DNA from: Candidatus Zhuqueibacterota bacterium
GTDB lineage: Bacteria; Zhuqueibacterota; Zhuqueibacteria; Thermofontimicrobiales; Thiofontviventaceae
Assembly (NCBI GenBank): GCA_016931935.1
Contig: JAFGDW010000300.1
Coordinates: 55,274-119,273, forward strand
DNA length: 64,000 bases
Reading direction: 5' to 3'
Shown here piece by piece: positions 10,801 to 20,833 of the stretch. The stretch's first letter is position 1. Each line of letters opens with the position of its first letter. The position numbers and the translations under genes were made by a program. A model generated the notes under the pieces. It saw only the letters and a list, made by a program, of their open reading frames with translations, was not told where the DNA came from and made no database searches.

Positions 10801-11913
10801 TGCAGTGACCAAAGGATCCCGAAACGAATGTTTAACATGGAGGATTAATGATGCCAATGCCGATAAATTTACGCTTGAACGGGGAAGATACTGTTTGTGA
10901 AATTTACCAATATCAAATTCAAGCGCTTCACATTTCAGGTTGAATACAGGATCGAGCAAATTCTTAATTCGGCCATTAATTTCCACCGGCGAGCCATTAA
11001 ATGTTTGGGAGCAATTATTTATGACCAAATCCCAATCCTGAATAATTGCGTCCAGATTCATATTGGAAACATATAATTCCTGATTTTTAATTTTGAACGC
11101 TCCATCAATAATTGACAGGTCGCCATCAATATCAAAACCTTCCTGATTGGGTTTCTCGGACAATGTAATATTTGCATTCACGCGGCCATCCTGAATATCG
11201 AAGTATTCAGGAACGAATAGCGGAATTTTATCTTCCCAACGATAATTAGCGAGGTTTATCTCCAGAAAATTTAACCGCGATTGTACAAGATCGATCTCAC
11301 CATTCAAGCGCAGGTTAAACCGAGATGATTGAAACAACTTGCCAACCATTCTGGCTCGAGCTTGCTGGACATCCCTTGTGACAATCCAGCCACTAATATC
11401 CTGTGCCAAATCAGTCTGTTGTCCCGCTGAATCGGCAAAAACAATCGTGCCATGCGATACTGTAATTCGCTTCAGAAAATCGAAATCCCGCATTTTATCG
11501 AGATAACGCCGGTCAAACTCCGGTCCGGAAATTGATGGTTGTACACGCTGCTTTTTCGGTATATATGTGATTGTCAGACGGGGATTAACAAACAGAATGT
11601 CTTGTGGTGATTTTTTAGGTTGGAAACCATTTTTGATCAAATTTGTAAGACTGTATCCAATACGAAGGTCTTCTATCCATAATGAATAATACTGATTTTC
11701 AGCAACAATATTTACACCCTTTAGGTGCACCGCTCCCAGTGCAATGTCCAGAGCTTCTATGTTACACTGCTCCCCCAGCACGGGCCTGATATGGTCCAGT
11801 AAATAGTTTTTTATTCTCTCGTTTGCCTTAAAAATTGTCCAGCCCTTATACAACATCAAGAAACTGACCACTATAAAACCGGCAAGAACGAGAACCCATT
11901 TTCGTGACTTCAT
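7807..11913 (-). CDS. tamB: TamB-like translocation and assembly module protein (AsmA/DUF490 family)
   Basis: 1368 aa. N-terminal signal-anchor TM (VLVLAGFIVVSFLML), a long beta-rich body and a DUF490-like C-terminus. Sits immediately upstream of bamA on the same strand. Confidence 0.7.
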   Translation of the reverse strand: MKSRKWVLVLAGFIVVSFLMLYKGWTIFKANERIKNYLLDHIRPVLGEQCNIEALDIALGAVHLKGVNIVAENQYYSLWIEDLRIGYSLTNLIKNGFQPKKSPQDILFVNPRLTITYIPKKQRVQPSISGPEFDRRYLDKMRDFDFLKRITVSHGTIVFADSAGQQTDLAQDISGWIVTRDVQQARARMVGKLFQSSRFNLRLNGEIDLVQSRLNFLEINLANYRWEDKIPLFVPEYFDIQDGRVNANITLSEKPNQEGFDIDGDLSIIDGAFKIKNQELYVSNMNLDAIIQDWDLVINNCSQTFNGSPVEINGRIKNLLDPVFNLKCEALEFDIGKFHKQYLPRSSVNLSALASLILHVKHSFRDPLVTAEVRCPQLFVGKSEFREINSQLTLHRSILSVNKLQTNFNELGIAASGHLDYSGAQENVSLRVNAIGKSPFNISLPSLANADYKLDCFLKGTFAQVEGNVVDFSAYDGDDELSSYGGDFEYVDHQLMVALNAKQHGGSVKAVIRENKNTSGTQVWLDNFHETVFQLPEFKPLKHILDWTRSEFEFTLHEKSSTIRGSYAWKNGKEHPPRFGTLDVGIVQNRQNREIIGHMQVKFANHNYDGRGDIIINPDSILIKKIEFDKLFRANGVIRPHQPNEIDANISLRDADLNYWYNIFALDSTVISSGEVSGDINITGQLKSPVVSGQLHMVDGTINQVDGFYADASFDVANDTLKLGHFIVLKDTNIVLNADGNYFLDSNQVAINVHADSVNLDTLIQTVANRNGILSGFGHADLLISGPPKNVNIGGTVRIGKGKLNRFPFDSVYVKLGDREGASNSNSPGLVISDGLIERRNEFKLHGDGLIPFSSSQNMDIQIDGTGNILSFLPDLTPFFKHTESQGTWQLHLTGSPGNFQLAGGEIKLEQGVMELADVAPKIKNITAHVLIDEDGFIRIHYINGTVKNNRFQFSNRKAASICNAYPLEPLFVPALGLDFGVLTIHTAPKGVPLHIPGLMANGEVGHFELVGKDSCESFYVAGPISNPLVRGKLNVRNANIMFPFANATKETDNLVVRILKSINWDVKAVPIKDARYEKDIPSGVDNVYVNLVIDSGVGGLDFQGIIADETFYVEGKLESSEGMVDYLDFNFSIEKAGVEFDKSNIFPIAYGSAKAVIADSMGMRNYIYLTLLLEDEESGQIRPRGRLNNIQFQLTSDNPNLGRSEGEIMASLGYSPSNIKEKATDIIGISTDNLLFRPLFRPFERQLERTLRLDLVRLSSRFARNLIEMNLWGDEYVQPYSKLFLFRSTRVMIGKYLADRVFLQYTGELDAARHYRHQSEELGLKHTLGLEYRINPNLLLEMEYNYNSFLIEREDKRIFLRHSFPIN

Positions 11914-12031
11914 ATTGTCAATTTATATGAAAATGGCGACTCCAAAAAGAATCGCCAGAATGTTCTAAAACTCTTCGGTTAATGCATCATTTATACGCAT
12001 TGAAATTTTTGAAAGTTCCTGAATAACAGGG

Positions 12032-12859
12032 CTACTGGGCTTCCAACCTGACTTGTTCGCTAATCATGCCGAAGCGTCTTTCCCGACATTGATATGCTTC
12101 GATTGCCTGATAAAACTCATATTTTCTGAAATCGGGCCACAACGTGTTGGTAATGTATATTTCAGCGTATGCTATCTGCCAGAGCATAAAATTGCTAATA
12201 CGATATTCACCGCTGGTACGGATCAACAGATCCGGGTCAGGTAATCCTGCAGTAAATAATTTGTCAGAGATTGTGGATTCGTTTATTTCTTCCGGCAATA
12301 ATCGTCCGGCTTTTACTTCTTGCGCAAGCTCTTGTACAGCTCGCGTAATTTCCATGCGACTGCTATAGTTTAATGCAAGGTTTAAAATTAGTCCGGTATT
12401 CTTGTTTAATGCGTCAATTGCAAAAAGCACGCTTTGTCTTGTCACAGCGGGAAGTTCATCTATCAAACCACTCACAACCAAACGAACATTATTGCGTTGC
12501 AAATCCGGTACTTCCTTGCGAATTGTACGGATGAGTAACTTCCACAAAGCAAGTACTTCCGTTTTGGGACGTTTCCAGTTTTCAGTGGAAAATGTATAAA
12601 ATGTAACCGCTTCAACGCCAATTTCTCCGCACACTTCCACCACATCCCGAACTGAATTAACACCTTCAATATGGCCATCCACACGTTTTAAATTCCGTTG
12701 TTTGGCCCAACGCCCATTTCCATCCATTATTATCGCAACGTGTCGTGGTATATTCTTTCTTTTAATAACTCGCTCTTTAATCTCATTTGTATCCAATCTT
12801 CCGGTCCTTCTTTCAATACAAAAATCGTTGCTATTCAGACTTTGTCTCGCGGTATTCAA
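12032..12859 (-). CDS. uppS: Isoprenyl transferase (undecaprenyl-diphosphate synthase)
   Basis: HVAIIMDGNGRWA and FSTENWKRP motifs and an FMLWQ C-terminal region. The N-terminal ~40 aa may be over-extended. Confidence 0.9.
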   Translation of the reverse strand: MNTARQSLNSNDFCIERRTGRLDTNEIKERVIKRKNIPRHVAIIMDGNGRWAKQRNLKRVDGHIEGVNSVRDVVEVCGEIGVEAVTFYTFSTENWKRPKTEVLALWKLLIRTIRKEVPDLQRNNVRLVVSGLIDELPAVTRQSVLFAIDALNKNTGLILNLALNYSSRMEITRAVQELAQEVKAGRLLPEEINESTISDKLFTAGLPDPDLLIRTSGEYRISNFMLWQIAYAEIYITNTLWPDFRKYEFYQAIEAYQCRERRFGMISEQVRLEAQ

Positions 12860-13029
12860 TTATACCGGTATCTTTTTTGTCACAGAGAGCTACGAATCAA
12901 ACTCTCTGCCCTGTTTGCGATTAACAACAATGTAAGTATCACAATTTAATCGTATTAAACGATGATCAACTTACTAAACGAAATGAAATTTACGGCAAAT
13001 TGATATAAATGTCAAGGAGAAATTACATT

Positions 13030-13066
13030 TAAAAAAAAAGAGGAACAACATGCTGCTCCTCTTTTA
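13030..13066 (-). terminator. Rho-independent terminator downstream of the TPR lipoprotein gene
   Basis: Hairpin aagagga(13039-45)/tcctctt(13057-63). On the minus strand it is followed by a run of 9 T, immediately 3' of the stop at 13091. Confidence 0.5.
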
Positions 13067-13090
13067 AAATCAAATCAGATATATTTTCTG

Positions 13091-14212
13091 TTAATTTCCA
13101 TCAGCCTTCTTAAAAGCTTCCTCACCTTTTTCCTTCATGCCTGCGTTAATATAGGCAACGCCCAGGTTCGACCAGATTGAAGGGTCATTTTTTATTGAGA
13201 CAGCTTTTTCCAAGAATGGAATTGCGTTTTTGTATTCTTCAACTGCTTCAGCAAGCATAGCTTCCGATTCTGATTTTTTCATTTGTGCGCCTTCACGTAG
13301 CGGCTTCATTTTCTGTTCCGCTAAACTCAGGTATGCATTTCCAATATTTAGCGTAGCATCATAATCATCCGGTTCAATATCAAGAACACGTTTGAATTCT
13401 TTAATGGCGTCCTCATATTTTTTTTGCAGAAACAACAGCCGTCCCAAATTAAAAATTATGTCCGGATTGTTGGGTTGTTTTTCCAACACATCATTATAGG
13501 TGGCAAAAGCTTCATCGGTCTTGCCCATTGAATCGTATGAGAATGCCTTTTGTGAAATCGCTTCGATATTATCCGGCTCGATAGCCAATATTTTATTCAT
13601 CATATCAATACATTCATCGTATTTTTTTTCATCGTAATAGATAGATCCAGCCCGCAGCATCACCTCGGTATCCTTTGGATCGATTTCCAGAATTTGACGA
13701 TAAACTTTTGCAGCGGCTGCCAGAGAATCCATCCGAATATAGACGAATGCAATATTTTTATGGGCATCAACCCGAGTTGGATCAATGATCGGGCAATCCT
13801 TAAAGCTAGCCAATGCTTCTAGCATAATTTTGTTGCGGGTTTCATCATCGGTAGCAGATTCGCTTGCTTTTACTTTATTAACACCGTTATTAAACTCTTG
13901 AACCCAGTATTTATCCTTAAGAACTTTTACTTTCTCTTCAAGTTGCGGGCTAACTTCCAATGTTGTTGCCAGTTCTTTTGACATATCTACATAATTGCCG
14001 CGACGTGCATAGGCTTCAGCCAGTAACAGATGTGCCTCAGCTTCGTTAGGATATGTGGCGACAGCTTGTTTAAGTTGTTCTTCGGCTTTGGTCCAGTCAT
14101 CTTGTTGAATGTACACTTTTGCGGAGGTCAGTTCTTTTGATTGGCATCCAAACATCATGAGTAGGACGACCAGTAATGCACTCACTAATAAAATGGAGTG
14201 AATTCTTTGCAT
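13091..14212 (-). CDS. Tetratricopeptide-repeat lipoprotein
   Basis: 373 aa. Signal peptide with a lipobox-like LMMFGC, followed by multiple TPR-like helical repeats (AEAYARRGNY..., LGRLLFLQKKYEDAIKEF...). Confidence 0.7.
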   Translation of the reverse strand: MQRIHSILLVSALLVVLLMMFGCQSKELTSAKVYIQQDDWTKAEEQLKQAVATYPNEAEAHLLLAEAYARRGNYVDMSKELATTLEVSPQLEEKVKVLKDKYWVQEFNNGVNKVKASESATDDETRNKIMLEALASFKDCPIIDPTRVDAHKNIAFVYIRMDSLAAAAKVYRQILEIDPKDTEVMLRAGSIYYDEKKYDECIDMMNKILAIEPDNIEAISQKAFSYDSMGKTDEAFATYNDVLEKQPNNPDIIFNLGRLLFLQKKYEDAIKEFKRVLDIEPDDYDATLNIGNAYLSLAEQKMKPLREGAQMKKSESEAMLAEAVEEYKNAIPFLEKAVSIKNDPSIWSNLGVAYINAGMKEKGEEAFKKADGN

Positions 14213-14280
14213 GTTACTTCTCCTTTTATGATGGTTAATTTGTTATCAAACGTGTAATATAATAGATATATCTAACTTAA

Positions 14281-15321
14281 TCAAGAAATTTTTTTTAATT
14301 TTATTAACTTTCCGTCATATGGCGGATATATAACTTCCCGCTCAGTGATGATTGCGGTAATAAGGTCGTGCGGGGTTACATCGAATGCCGGGTTATATAC
14401 ATGCACATTCTCAGGAGCCGTACGTTTTCCAAAGCCTGCAATTACCTCAATTGCGGCACGTTCTTCAATTGGAATGTCTTTGCCAGACATTATCTCGAGA
14501 TCGACGGTCGATAATGGTGCGACAATATACATTGGGATCGAATGATATTTCGCCAGGATTGCAAGATTGTACGTTCCAATTTTATTGGCTGTATCGCCAT
14601 TTCGGGCAATCCGATCAGCGCCAACAAAAATTGCATCAATTTTCCCCTGTCGCATCACTGAAGCCGCCATATTATCGCAAATCAGGGTGACATCGATTTC
14701 ATTTTGCATCAACTCCCACGCCGTCAGTCGTGCGCCTTGCAACAGCGGCCTGGTTTCATCAGCATAGACGTGAATGGTTTTGCCCTGCTCCTTGGCTGCG
14801 TAGATAACGCCAAGCGCTGTACCATAGTCTGCAGTTGCTAACGCGCCGGCATTACAGTGGGTTAAAATCGTTGCTCCGTCTTGAATAAGCACTGCACCGT
14901 TGTTTCCCATTTCCCGACAAATTCGTTTGTCCTCATTCATAATTTGCATCGCTTCATTGAACAATGCTTTTTGCGCTTTATCAATCGACGGATGATCTGC
15001 ATGTAATACATTTTTCATGCGATTCAATGCCCAGAACAAATTGACAGCCGTGGGTCGGGTTTGTGCCAGTTCATCGATAATATGATCAATGAGTGACGTC
15101 CACTCACCTAACGTTTTACAAAATGTCTTTTGAGCGCCCAGTACAACGCCAAATGCCGCGGCAATGCCAATCGCCGGTGCGCCGCGAACCTGTAATTCAC
15201 GGATTGCCTCGGCAATGACAAGATAATCATCAGTGAGATGCTCAACAAAAAAATTGGGCAGCATTGTTTGATCGATGTATTTTACTCTGCCATGTTCCCA
15301 TTTTATTGTTTCAACTGGCAT
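14281..15321 (-). CDS. mtnA: S-methyl-5-thioribose-1-phosphate isomerase (eIF-2B alpha/beta/delta-like family)
   Basis: 346 aa. Has IDQTMLP near the N-terminus, a VRGAPAIGIAAAFG motif and a GADRIARNGDTANKIGT motif. A GGAG RBS lies upstream of the ATG at 15321. Confidence 0.8.
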   Translation of the reverse strand: MPVETIKWEHGRVKYIDQTMLPNFFVEHLTDDYLVIAEAIRELQVRGAPAIGIAAAFGVVLGAQKTFCKTLGEWTSLIDHIIDELAQTRPTAVNLFWALNRMKNVLHADHPSIDKAQKALFNEAMQIMNEDKRICREMGNNGAVLIQDGATILTHCNAGALATADYGTALGVIYAAKEQGKTIHVYADETRPLLQGARLTAWELMQNEIDVTLICDNMAASVMRQGKIDAIFVGADRIARNGDTANKIGTYNLAILAKYHSIPMYIVAPLSTVDLEIMSGKDIPIEERAAIEVIAGFGKRTAPENVHVYNPAFDVTPHDLITAIITEREVIYPPYDGKLIKLKKIS

Positions 15322-15647
15322 GAATGAAACGATCTCCTGTTTTATCTTTTATATCCCGAAGCCGGTATCGACATTTTGATTGAAATATTAAATCATTAAA
15401 AATGAATTTTGTCCCAGTTTGTTTAAAACTGTTCGGAGAAAAACGTCTCAGATGCCTGGCACCAAGTCGTCTTTAGCTAACGCGTGAATTGCCAAGAAGC
15501 TTATTGTTTGTGTCGGGTGATTATTTTAGGGAAGGAGGAATCATTGCCAAGCAGGTCAAACCCTCATACGACAATCACCATACGTTTGCGAAATATTATC
15601 ATCAGAACTGGTTATGATGTTCAATTTCACCAGGGAATAAGCAGGCT

Positions 15648-16967
15648 TTATTCAGCTACTCCTGTCTTTTCGCTCGTATGCCGCAAATACCCTGCGATTA
15701 CGTCGACTGTCTTTTCGGCAGCACCGGCATGAGCCATCACCAAATTACGGGCGGCCTCTCCCATTCGCTGACATAATTCAGGATTTTCCAACAAATCAAT
15801 AATAACATCTGCCATATCATCAACGTTGTGGACAACTCGCCCACCCTGGGAATCGGCCAGGATGACTGCCTCAGCCTGCGTGTCGTAGCACGGACCAAAC
15901 AGAACCGGGATGCCATGAGCCGCTGGCTCCAGCACATTATGTACTTTCTGTTCCATACTCCCGCCGACAAATGCAATCGTACCAATACCATAAATATGTG
16001 CCAATAATCCGATTACATCAATTATTAAAATTTGATATCGCGTTCTACAGTCCCATTGGGAATAACGTACAGTTGAGATTTTCAATTTTTCACATTGCTC
16101 TTCAAAATCAGCGAGGTGAGATTCGGTTATCTCGTGCGGAGCAATGATCATTTTAAATTCAGGAAATTTACGAATTACTTTGGTGTATGCCGGTAGAATA
16201 TGTTTCTCATCCGAGGGCCAACTGCTACCAACAACCCAGACCGGTACATTCTGTAACCGCTTATCGTTAACCAGATCGCTAATTTTTTCCATATCAGCCG
16301 CACGCCGTATCACCTGATCGTATTTGGTATCACCGGTAATAGTCATTTCTACTTCATTGCCAAGAATTGACTGGAAGCGCTGTTTTTCGTCATTCGAAAT
16401 CGGTAAAATGGCAGAGAATTGTTTAAATAATGTTTTGTTCATTCCCCGCAAAATCGGCCATAAGCGTGATGATGTTGCCGGAATAGAAGCATCCATTAAT
16501 ACTGTGGGAATATCACGTGCAGTGAGCTCATGCAGAAAATTGGGCCAAATATCATGACGAACGATGATAGCAATGGCCGGCTTCACGATTTCGATAAATT
16601 GTTGGGCATTGCTTTTTGTATCAAACGGCAGGTAACAAATATAATCCACAGGAGGCGCTAGCGGAATATATTCGTAGGCTGACGGTGAAAAGAAAGTTAC
16701 AACGATAGATATTTTAGGATACTGGATTTTTAAACGTTCCAGCACAGGACGTGCCTGTTCAAATTCGCCATAGGATGAGCTATGAATCCAAACACGGGGG
16801 TGGGGTAATTTAAAAATTTCTGAGACAAGTTGCTTTTGCCAGTGTCGCCGACCGACGATCCCCCGTTTGATTTTTGAATTAAACACACCCGCGAATCGAA
16901 AAACAACATACAAAAACGGTATGGCAATCAGGTTGTATAATAAATACATAGGAAAACAGTTCGGCAA
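15648..16967 (-). CDS. waaA: 3-deoxy-D-manno-octulosonic acid transferase
   Basis: 439 aa. N-terminal membrane helix MYLLYNLIAIPFLYVV, VWIHSSSYGEFEQARPV motif (matches WaaA IWxHAxSVGE) and a GT-B fold C-terminus. Start could instead be the internal Met at 16949. Confidence 0.8.
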   Translation of the reverse strand: MPNCFPMYLLYNLIAIPFLYVVFRFAGVFNSKIKRGIVGRRHWQKQLVSEIFKLPHPRVWIHSSSYGEFEQARPVLERLKIQYPKISIVVTFFSPSAYEYIPLAPPVDYICYLPFDTKSNAQQFIEIVKPAIAIIVRHDIWPNFLHELTARDIPTVLMDASIPATSSRLWPILRGMNKTLFKQFSAILPISNDEKQRFQSILGNEVEMTITGDTKYDQVIRRAADMEKISDLVNDKRLQNVPVWVVGSSWPSDEKHILPAYTKVIRKFPEFKMIIAPHEITESHLADFEEQCEKLKISTVRYSQWDCRTRYQILIIDVIGLLAHIYGIGTIAFVGGSMEQKVHNVLEPAAHGIPVLFGPCYDTQAEAVILADSQGGRVVHNVDDMADVIIDLLENPELCQRMGEAARNLVMAHAGAAEKTVDVIAGYLRHTSEKTGVAE

Positions 16968-17281
16968 AATTGTGTGTTAGTCATTGGTCCATATAAATTC
17001 GAACCGGCTTATTTAAACGTATGGTGCTAACCGTACACAAACCAAATCTATTGCGATTTCGGTTATTGTATCATTTTATTGTAAACTGATTTTAAAAAGT
17101 TATTCGTGCAGACTTACGTTACATGAATTGCGGCATTGTTTTTTGATATACCACTTCGCAGTAGCTTTTTCATATTTTCTTTCAATTATTTACATGTCAA
17201 CGTAATCAATCGATTTCCGTGTTATAAAAATTTGCTTTGTATTTAAGTAGTGGATATCGTCATACAAAACAACAGTTGGTT

Positions 17282-17770
17282 TTATTGAAATGCTTTTAAA
17301 TTCTGGTAGTCAGTCCCAATGATAATTGTCACATCAGCATTACGCGCATCGCTGATTTGCGGAAAAATGTTTCGAGATGAAATTCCTGCAAACTGCCCCA
17401 CTTTTTTAGCTCGTTTCATATCCATCGAAACCCGGTCAATTACCAAAGTTTCCGGAATATCAAATCGGTCGTAATCAGTAAAATCAACGACATCAAATTC
17501 CTGATTTGTGCGGAGATAGTTTGTCAAATTGAGCGCCAGACGATTCACACCACATCCATTTAGCACTTCAATATGAATTGTCTTTGTATTTGGGACGCCA
17601 CCGACAATATTCAATCCTGTTTGTTCCGGCTGCTCACCTTTTGCCCGTATTTCATGAAATGTCCAGGAAACAATAAACAGTAACAGCGCCGCAAACAATA
17701 CAACATTAAGCACAAACAGTGAACCGGACTTAAATTTTTCTTTAACGGTTGCCGTTTTCGTTTTCTCCAT
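17282..17770 (-). CDS. LytR_C (LytR/CpsA/Psr C-terminal) domain-containing membrane protein
   Basis: 162 aa. N-terminal TM followed by IHIEVLNGCGVNRLALNLTNYLR, which resembles the LytR_C domain. Confidence 0.5.
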   Translation of the reverse strand: MEKTKTATVKEKFKSGSLFVLNVVLFAALLLFIVSWTFHEIRAKGEQPEQTGLNIVGGVPNTKTIHIEVLNGCGVNRLALNLTNYLRTNQEFDVVDFTDYDRFDIPETLVIDRVSMDMKRAKKVGQFAGISSRNIFPQISDARNADVTIIIGTDYQNLKAFQ

Positions 17771-17774
17771 TGAT

Positions 17775-17810
17775 CAAAAAAGAATGACCGAGCAGTAAGG
17801 CTCGGTCAAT
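17775..17810 (-). terminator. Hairpin terminator between the 17849..18337 gene and the LytR_C gene
   Basis: tgaccgagc(17785-93)/gctcggtca(17800-08). On the minus strand it is followed by a T-run (the A-run 17775-82 on plus). Confidence 0.45.
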
Positions 17811-17848
17811 TTATATTTTTTTCACGTAAACTGATTAAATCCTATGGA

Positions 17849-18337
17849 TTACTCGTCAGCATCCCACAACGTTGAACCACGAAAATTCCGATAACTACCG
17901 GGATAATAATAGCTACTATTAGGTAGTGCGCTGTATTCAAATTTCACAGAAAATTTATCCGATGGTTGATATTTTAATTGCATGCCTGAAAAGACAAATC
18001 CGCTTTGAAATGCCGGATGATCGGGACTAAACGTGCTGTATGGAAAACTTTGAATACCCCATTGCATTTTTAATGACAATGGATCGGAAAGTTGATAAGA
18101 AATCGTGTTCAAATATAAACTTTGGCTAACGGCCATATCGCCCATGGATTGATACGAAAGCGAATAACTGTGACTCATATGAATTTTGGATAAATCGATT
18201 AAACCCAGATATTTTCCATTATCTGATTGCAACAATCCGCTTCTGATATCCACCGGGGCGTTTTGTTTCTTAAGTTGGCCAAATACCAATGCCGGCATCA
18301 GCACAACAATCATAACAATCCAATGTATTCGCTTCAT
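17849..18337 (-). CDS. Hypothetical secreted protein (possible small beta-barrel / outer-membrane protein)
   Basis: 162 aa with a signal peptide MKRIHWIVMIVVLMPALVFGQ and an aromatic/S/Y-rich sequence with alternating hydrophobics. Confidence 0.45.
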   Translation of the reverse strand: MKRIHWIVMIVVLMPALVFGQLKKQNAPVDIRSGLLQSDNGKYLGLIDLSKIHMSHSYSLSYQSMGDMAVSQSLYLNTISYQLSDPLSLKMQWGIQSFPYSTFSPDHPAFQSGFVFSGMQLKYQPSDKFSVKFEYSALPNSSYYYPGSYRNFRGSTLWDADE

Positions 18338-18419
18338 ATTTTCACCTCCTGATAAATGCGAGACGAACAGTTTAATTAACTAAATATTTTGCAGAAAGTC
18401 AACATCTTTTTCAGATGGC

Positions 18420-19532
18420 TCAGGCGATATGATCGCTGGTTATAATGCCTCCGCCAAGCACTTGTTCATCATCAAAAAACACTGCTGACTGACCGGGCGT
18501 AACAGCTTGAACCGGTTCGTGAAATTCAACCCGGACGATGTTTTCTGAAATTAATTTAATGCTGGCTGGTTTCCCCTTATCGTTGTAACGAATCCGCACT
18601 ATCGCCTCAAACGGCACTTCCGGCTGCGCAATACTCACCCAATTCACCCGATCAGCAAATAATGTATGGCGTTTTAAATCGTCCTGATCACCGACAACAA
18701 TCCGGTTGCGCTGCACATCAATATCGACTACATATATTGGACGACCAACAGCAACTCCAAGTTTACGCCGTTGTCCGATGGTGAAATACGGATACCCATT
18801 ATGGTAACCGAGCACATTGCCATCGGTATCGACAATTTCACCATTCTTCAGATCTGCAATTTTTTCGGGAGCCCGCTCCTGGATGAATCGCCTGTAATTA
18901 TTATCGGGAATGAAGCAGATTTCCTGACTTTCACTCTTCTGAAATGTCTTTAGTCCGAACCGTTCCGCCAGTTCACGCACCTGTGGTTTTGTGTAAATCC
19001 CGAGGGGTAACAGCGTGCGGGCAAGCTGATCCTGTGTCAATGCCCATAAAGCATATGATTGATCTTTTTGCAGATCAATCCCTTTTACAAGATGGAAACG
19101 CTGTTTTTTATCGTCAAATATAATTTGAGCGTAGTGGCCGGTCGATATCAGGCCAAATCCCAATTGGTCGGCTTTCTGCATCAACACCGACCATTTCATC
19201 ATCGAATTGCATAATACGCACGGATTCGGCGTGCGGCCGCTCAGATATTCGGATACAAAATTCCCAATCACGTGTTGCTCAAACTCCCGGCGGACATCCA
19301 CGGTATAATGCGGAATACCAATTTGATCGCAGACATGCCGGGCATCATGAATATTATCAATGGAACAACAACTGGTTTCATGATGCACGTTACCACCCAC
19401 ACTATCGAAATTCCACAGGTGCATAGTTAAGCCAACAACATCGTATCCTTGTTCTTTCAATAATGCTGCTGCCACAGAACTATCGATGCCACCACTCATT
19501 GCAATGGCGACTTTTTGTCTATTTGCACTCAT
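18420..19532 (-). CDS. mnmA: tRNA-specific 2-thiouridylase
   Basis: 370 aa. SGGIDSS PP-loop, catalytic Cys motifs and a C-terminal beta-barrel; classic MnmA. Confidence 0.9.
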   Translation of the reverse strand: MSANRQKVAIAMSGGIDSSVAAALLKEQGYDVVGLTMHLWNFDSVGGNVHHETSCCSIDNIHDARHVCDQIGIPHYTVDVRREFEQHVIGNFVSEYLSGRTPNPCVLCNSMMKWSVLMQKADQLGFGLISTGHYAQIIFDDKKQRFHLVKGIDLQKDQSYALWALTQDQLARTLLPLGIYTKPQVRELAERFGLKTFQKSESQEICFIPDNNYRRFIQERAPEKIADLKNGEIVDTDGNVLGYHNGYPYFTIGQRRKLGVAVGRPIYVVDIDVQRNRIVVGDQDDLKRHTLFADRVNWVSIAQPEVPFEAIVRIRYNDKGKPASIKLISENIVRVEFHEPVQAVTPGQSAVFFDDEQVLGGGIITSDHIA

Positions 19533-19652
19533 ATGAAGATTCTATTTTGATAAAAACATACATGTATATTTGGCAAAGAGCAAAGCGAAGATATTTTCGC
19601 CTCAATTTCGTTTTACTCTACATACTACTCTTTGTGCAGAAAATACCATGGT

Positions 19653-20807
19653 TTACGCCAATGGAGACATTGCCCGTAAGCGTTTTATGATTTCCGGTAG
19701 AATTTCCACTGCGTAATCCACTTCTTCCATTGTGTTATAGCGACCGAGTGTAAATCGAATTGCTGATTGGCCAAGTTCGGGCCTGATGCCCATCGCCATC
19801 AGCACATGCGATGGCTCCACACTGCCCGACGTACACGCTGATCCGCTGGACGCTGCAATCCCTTTCATATCCATACTCAGCAGGATCGACTCCCCTTCCA
19901 CAAATTCAAATGATAGATTCAAATGTCCGGCCAAACGTTTTTCCGGATGGCCATTTAAATAAATCTTCGGAATCGATTGCTGCAAGCGTTCGTGAAAAGT
20001 ATCTCGCAACTGACGGATATGTTGTTCATCCTGAACCATTCGCTGACGACAAATATCGACGGCTTTGGCAAGTCCGACAATACCAGCAACATTTTCCGTA
20101 CCGGCGCGGCGGTTACGTTCGTGTGCACCACCATGCAGCAAATTTGTCAGTTTCACACCTTTGCGGATAAATAATCCGCCCGTTCCTTTTGGTCCATAAA
20201 TTTTATGGGCTGAAAAACTGATTAAATCAACCGGCAATTCTTTTACGTTAATTGGCAACTTGCCAAACGACTGCACAGCATCCGTATGAAACCGTATATT
20301 ATTTTCCCGGGCGAGTTGGGCAATCTCACCGATCGGATTGATCGTTCCGACTTCGTTATTCGCATGCATAATTGAAATCAGAATCGTTTTATCGGTAATT
20401 GCTTCTGCGACTGACTCTGCTGATACCATCCCGTACTGATCGGGTTTGAGATACGTCACGTTAAATCCGTGCGCTTCCAAATATTCGCATGTATGGATAA
20501 CGGCGTGATGCTCCGGTTTGGATGTAATAATGTGATTGCCTTTTTCACAGAATTGTACGGCCACGCCCTTGATTGCCATATTGTCGGCTTCAGTGCCACC
20601 GCTGGTAAAGAACAATTCGGTTGCTTCGGCACCAATAAAAGCCGCCACCCGTTCCCGCGCGTCCTCCAATGCTACTTTGGCATTCCGGCCAAAAGCATGA
20701 ATGCTGCTCGGATTTCCAAAATTCTCTTTGAAATACGGCAGCATTGCATCGAGTACATCAGGATCAATCGGGGTGGTAGCGCTATGATCGAAGTAGACTC
20801 GCTTCAT
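19653..20807 (-). CDS. Cysteine desulfurase (NifS/IscS class V aminotransferase)
   Basis: 384 aa. FDHSATTPIDPDV N-terminus, PLP-lysine region SFSAHKIYGPKG and the active-site loop SSGSACTSG. Adjacent to mnmA, consistent with a sulfur relay. Confidence 0.9.
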   Translation of the reverse strand: MKRVYFDHSATTPIDPDVLDAMLPYFKENFGNPSSIHAFGRNAKVALEDARERVAAFIGAEATELFFTSGGTEADNMAIKGVAVQFCEKGNHIITSKPEHHAVIHTCEYLEAHGFNVTYLKPDQYGMVSAESVAEAITDKTILISIMHANNEVGTINPIGEIAQLARENNIRFHTDAVQSFGKLPINVKELPVDLISFSAHKIYGPKGTGGLFIRKGVKLTNLLHGGAHERNRRAGTENVAGIVGLAKAVDICRQRMVQDEQHIRQLRDTFHERLQQSIPKIYLNGHPEKRLAGHLNLSFEFVEGESILLSMDMKGIAASSGSACTSGSVEPSHVLMAMGIRPELGQSAIRFTLGRYNTMEEVDYAVEILPEIIKRLRAMSPLA

Positions 20808-20833
20808 GAATTTCTAAATTTCCCCGTAATGAT

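Noticed and set aside
15484-15732. 82-aa plus-strand ORF in the mtnA-waaA spacer
   Set aside because: It overlaps the waaA 3' end on the opposite strand and has no RBS. The translation is low-complexity.
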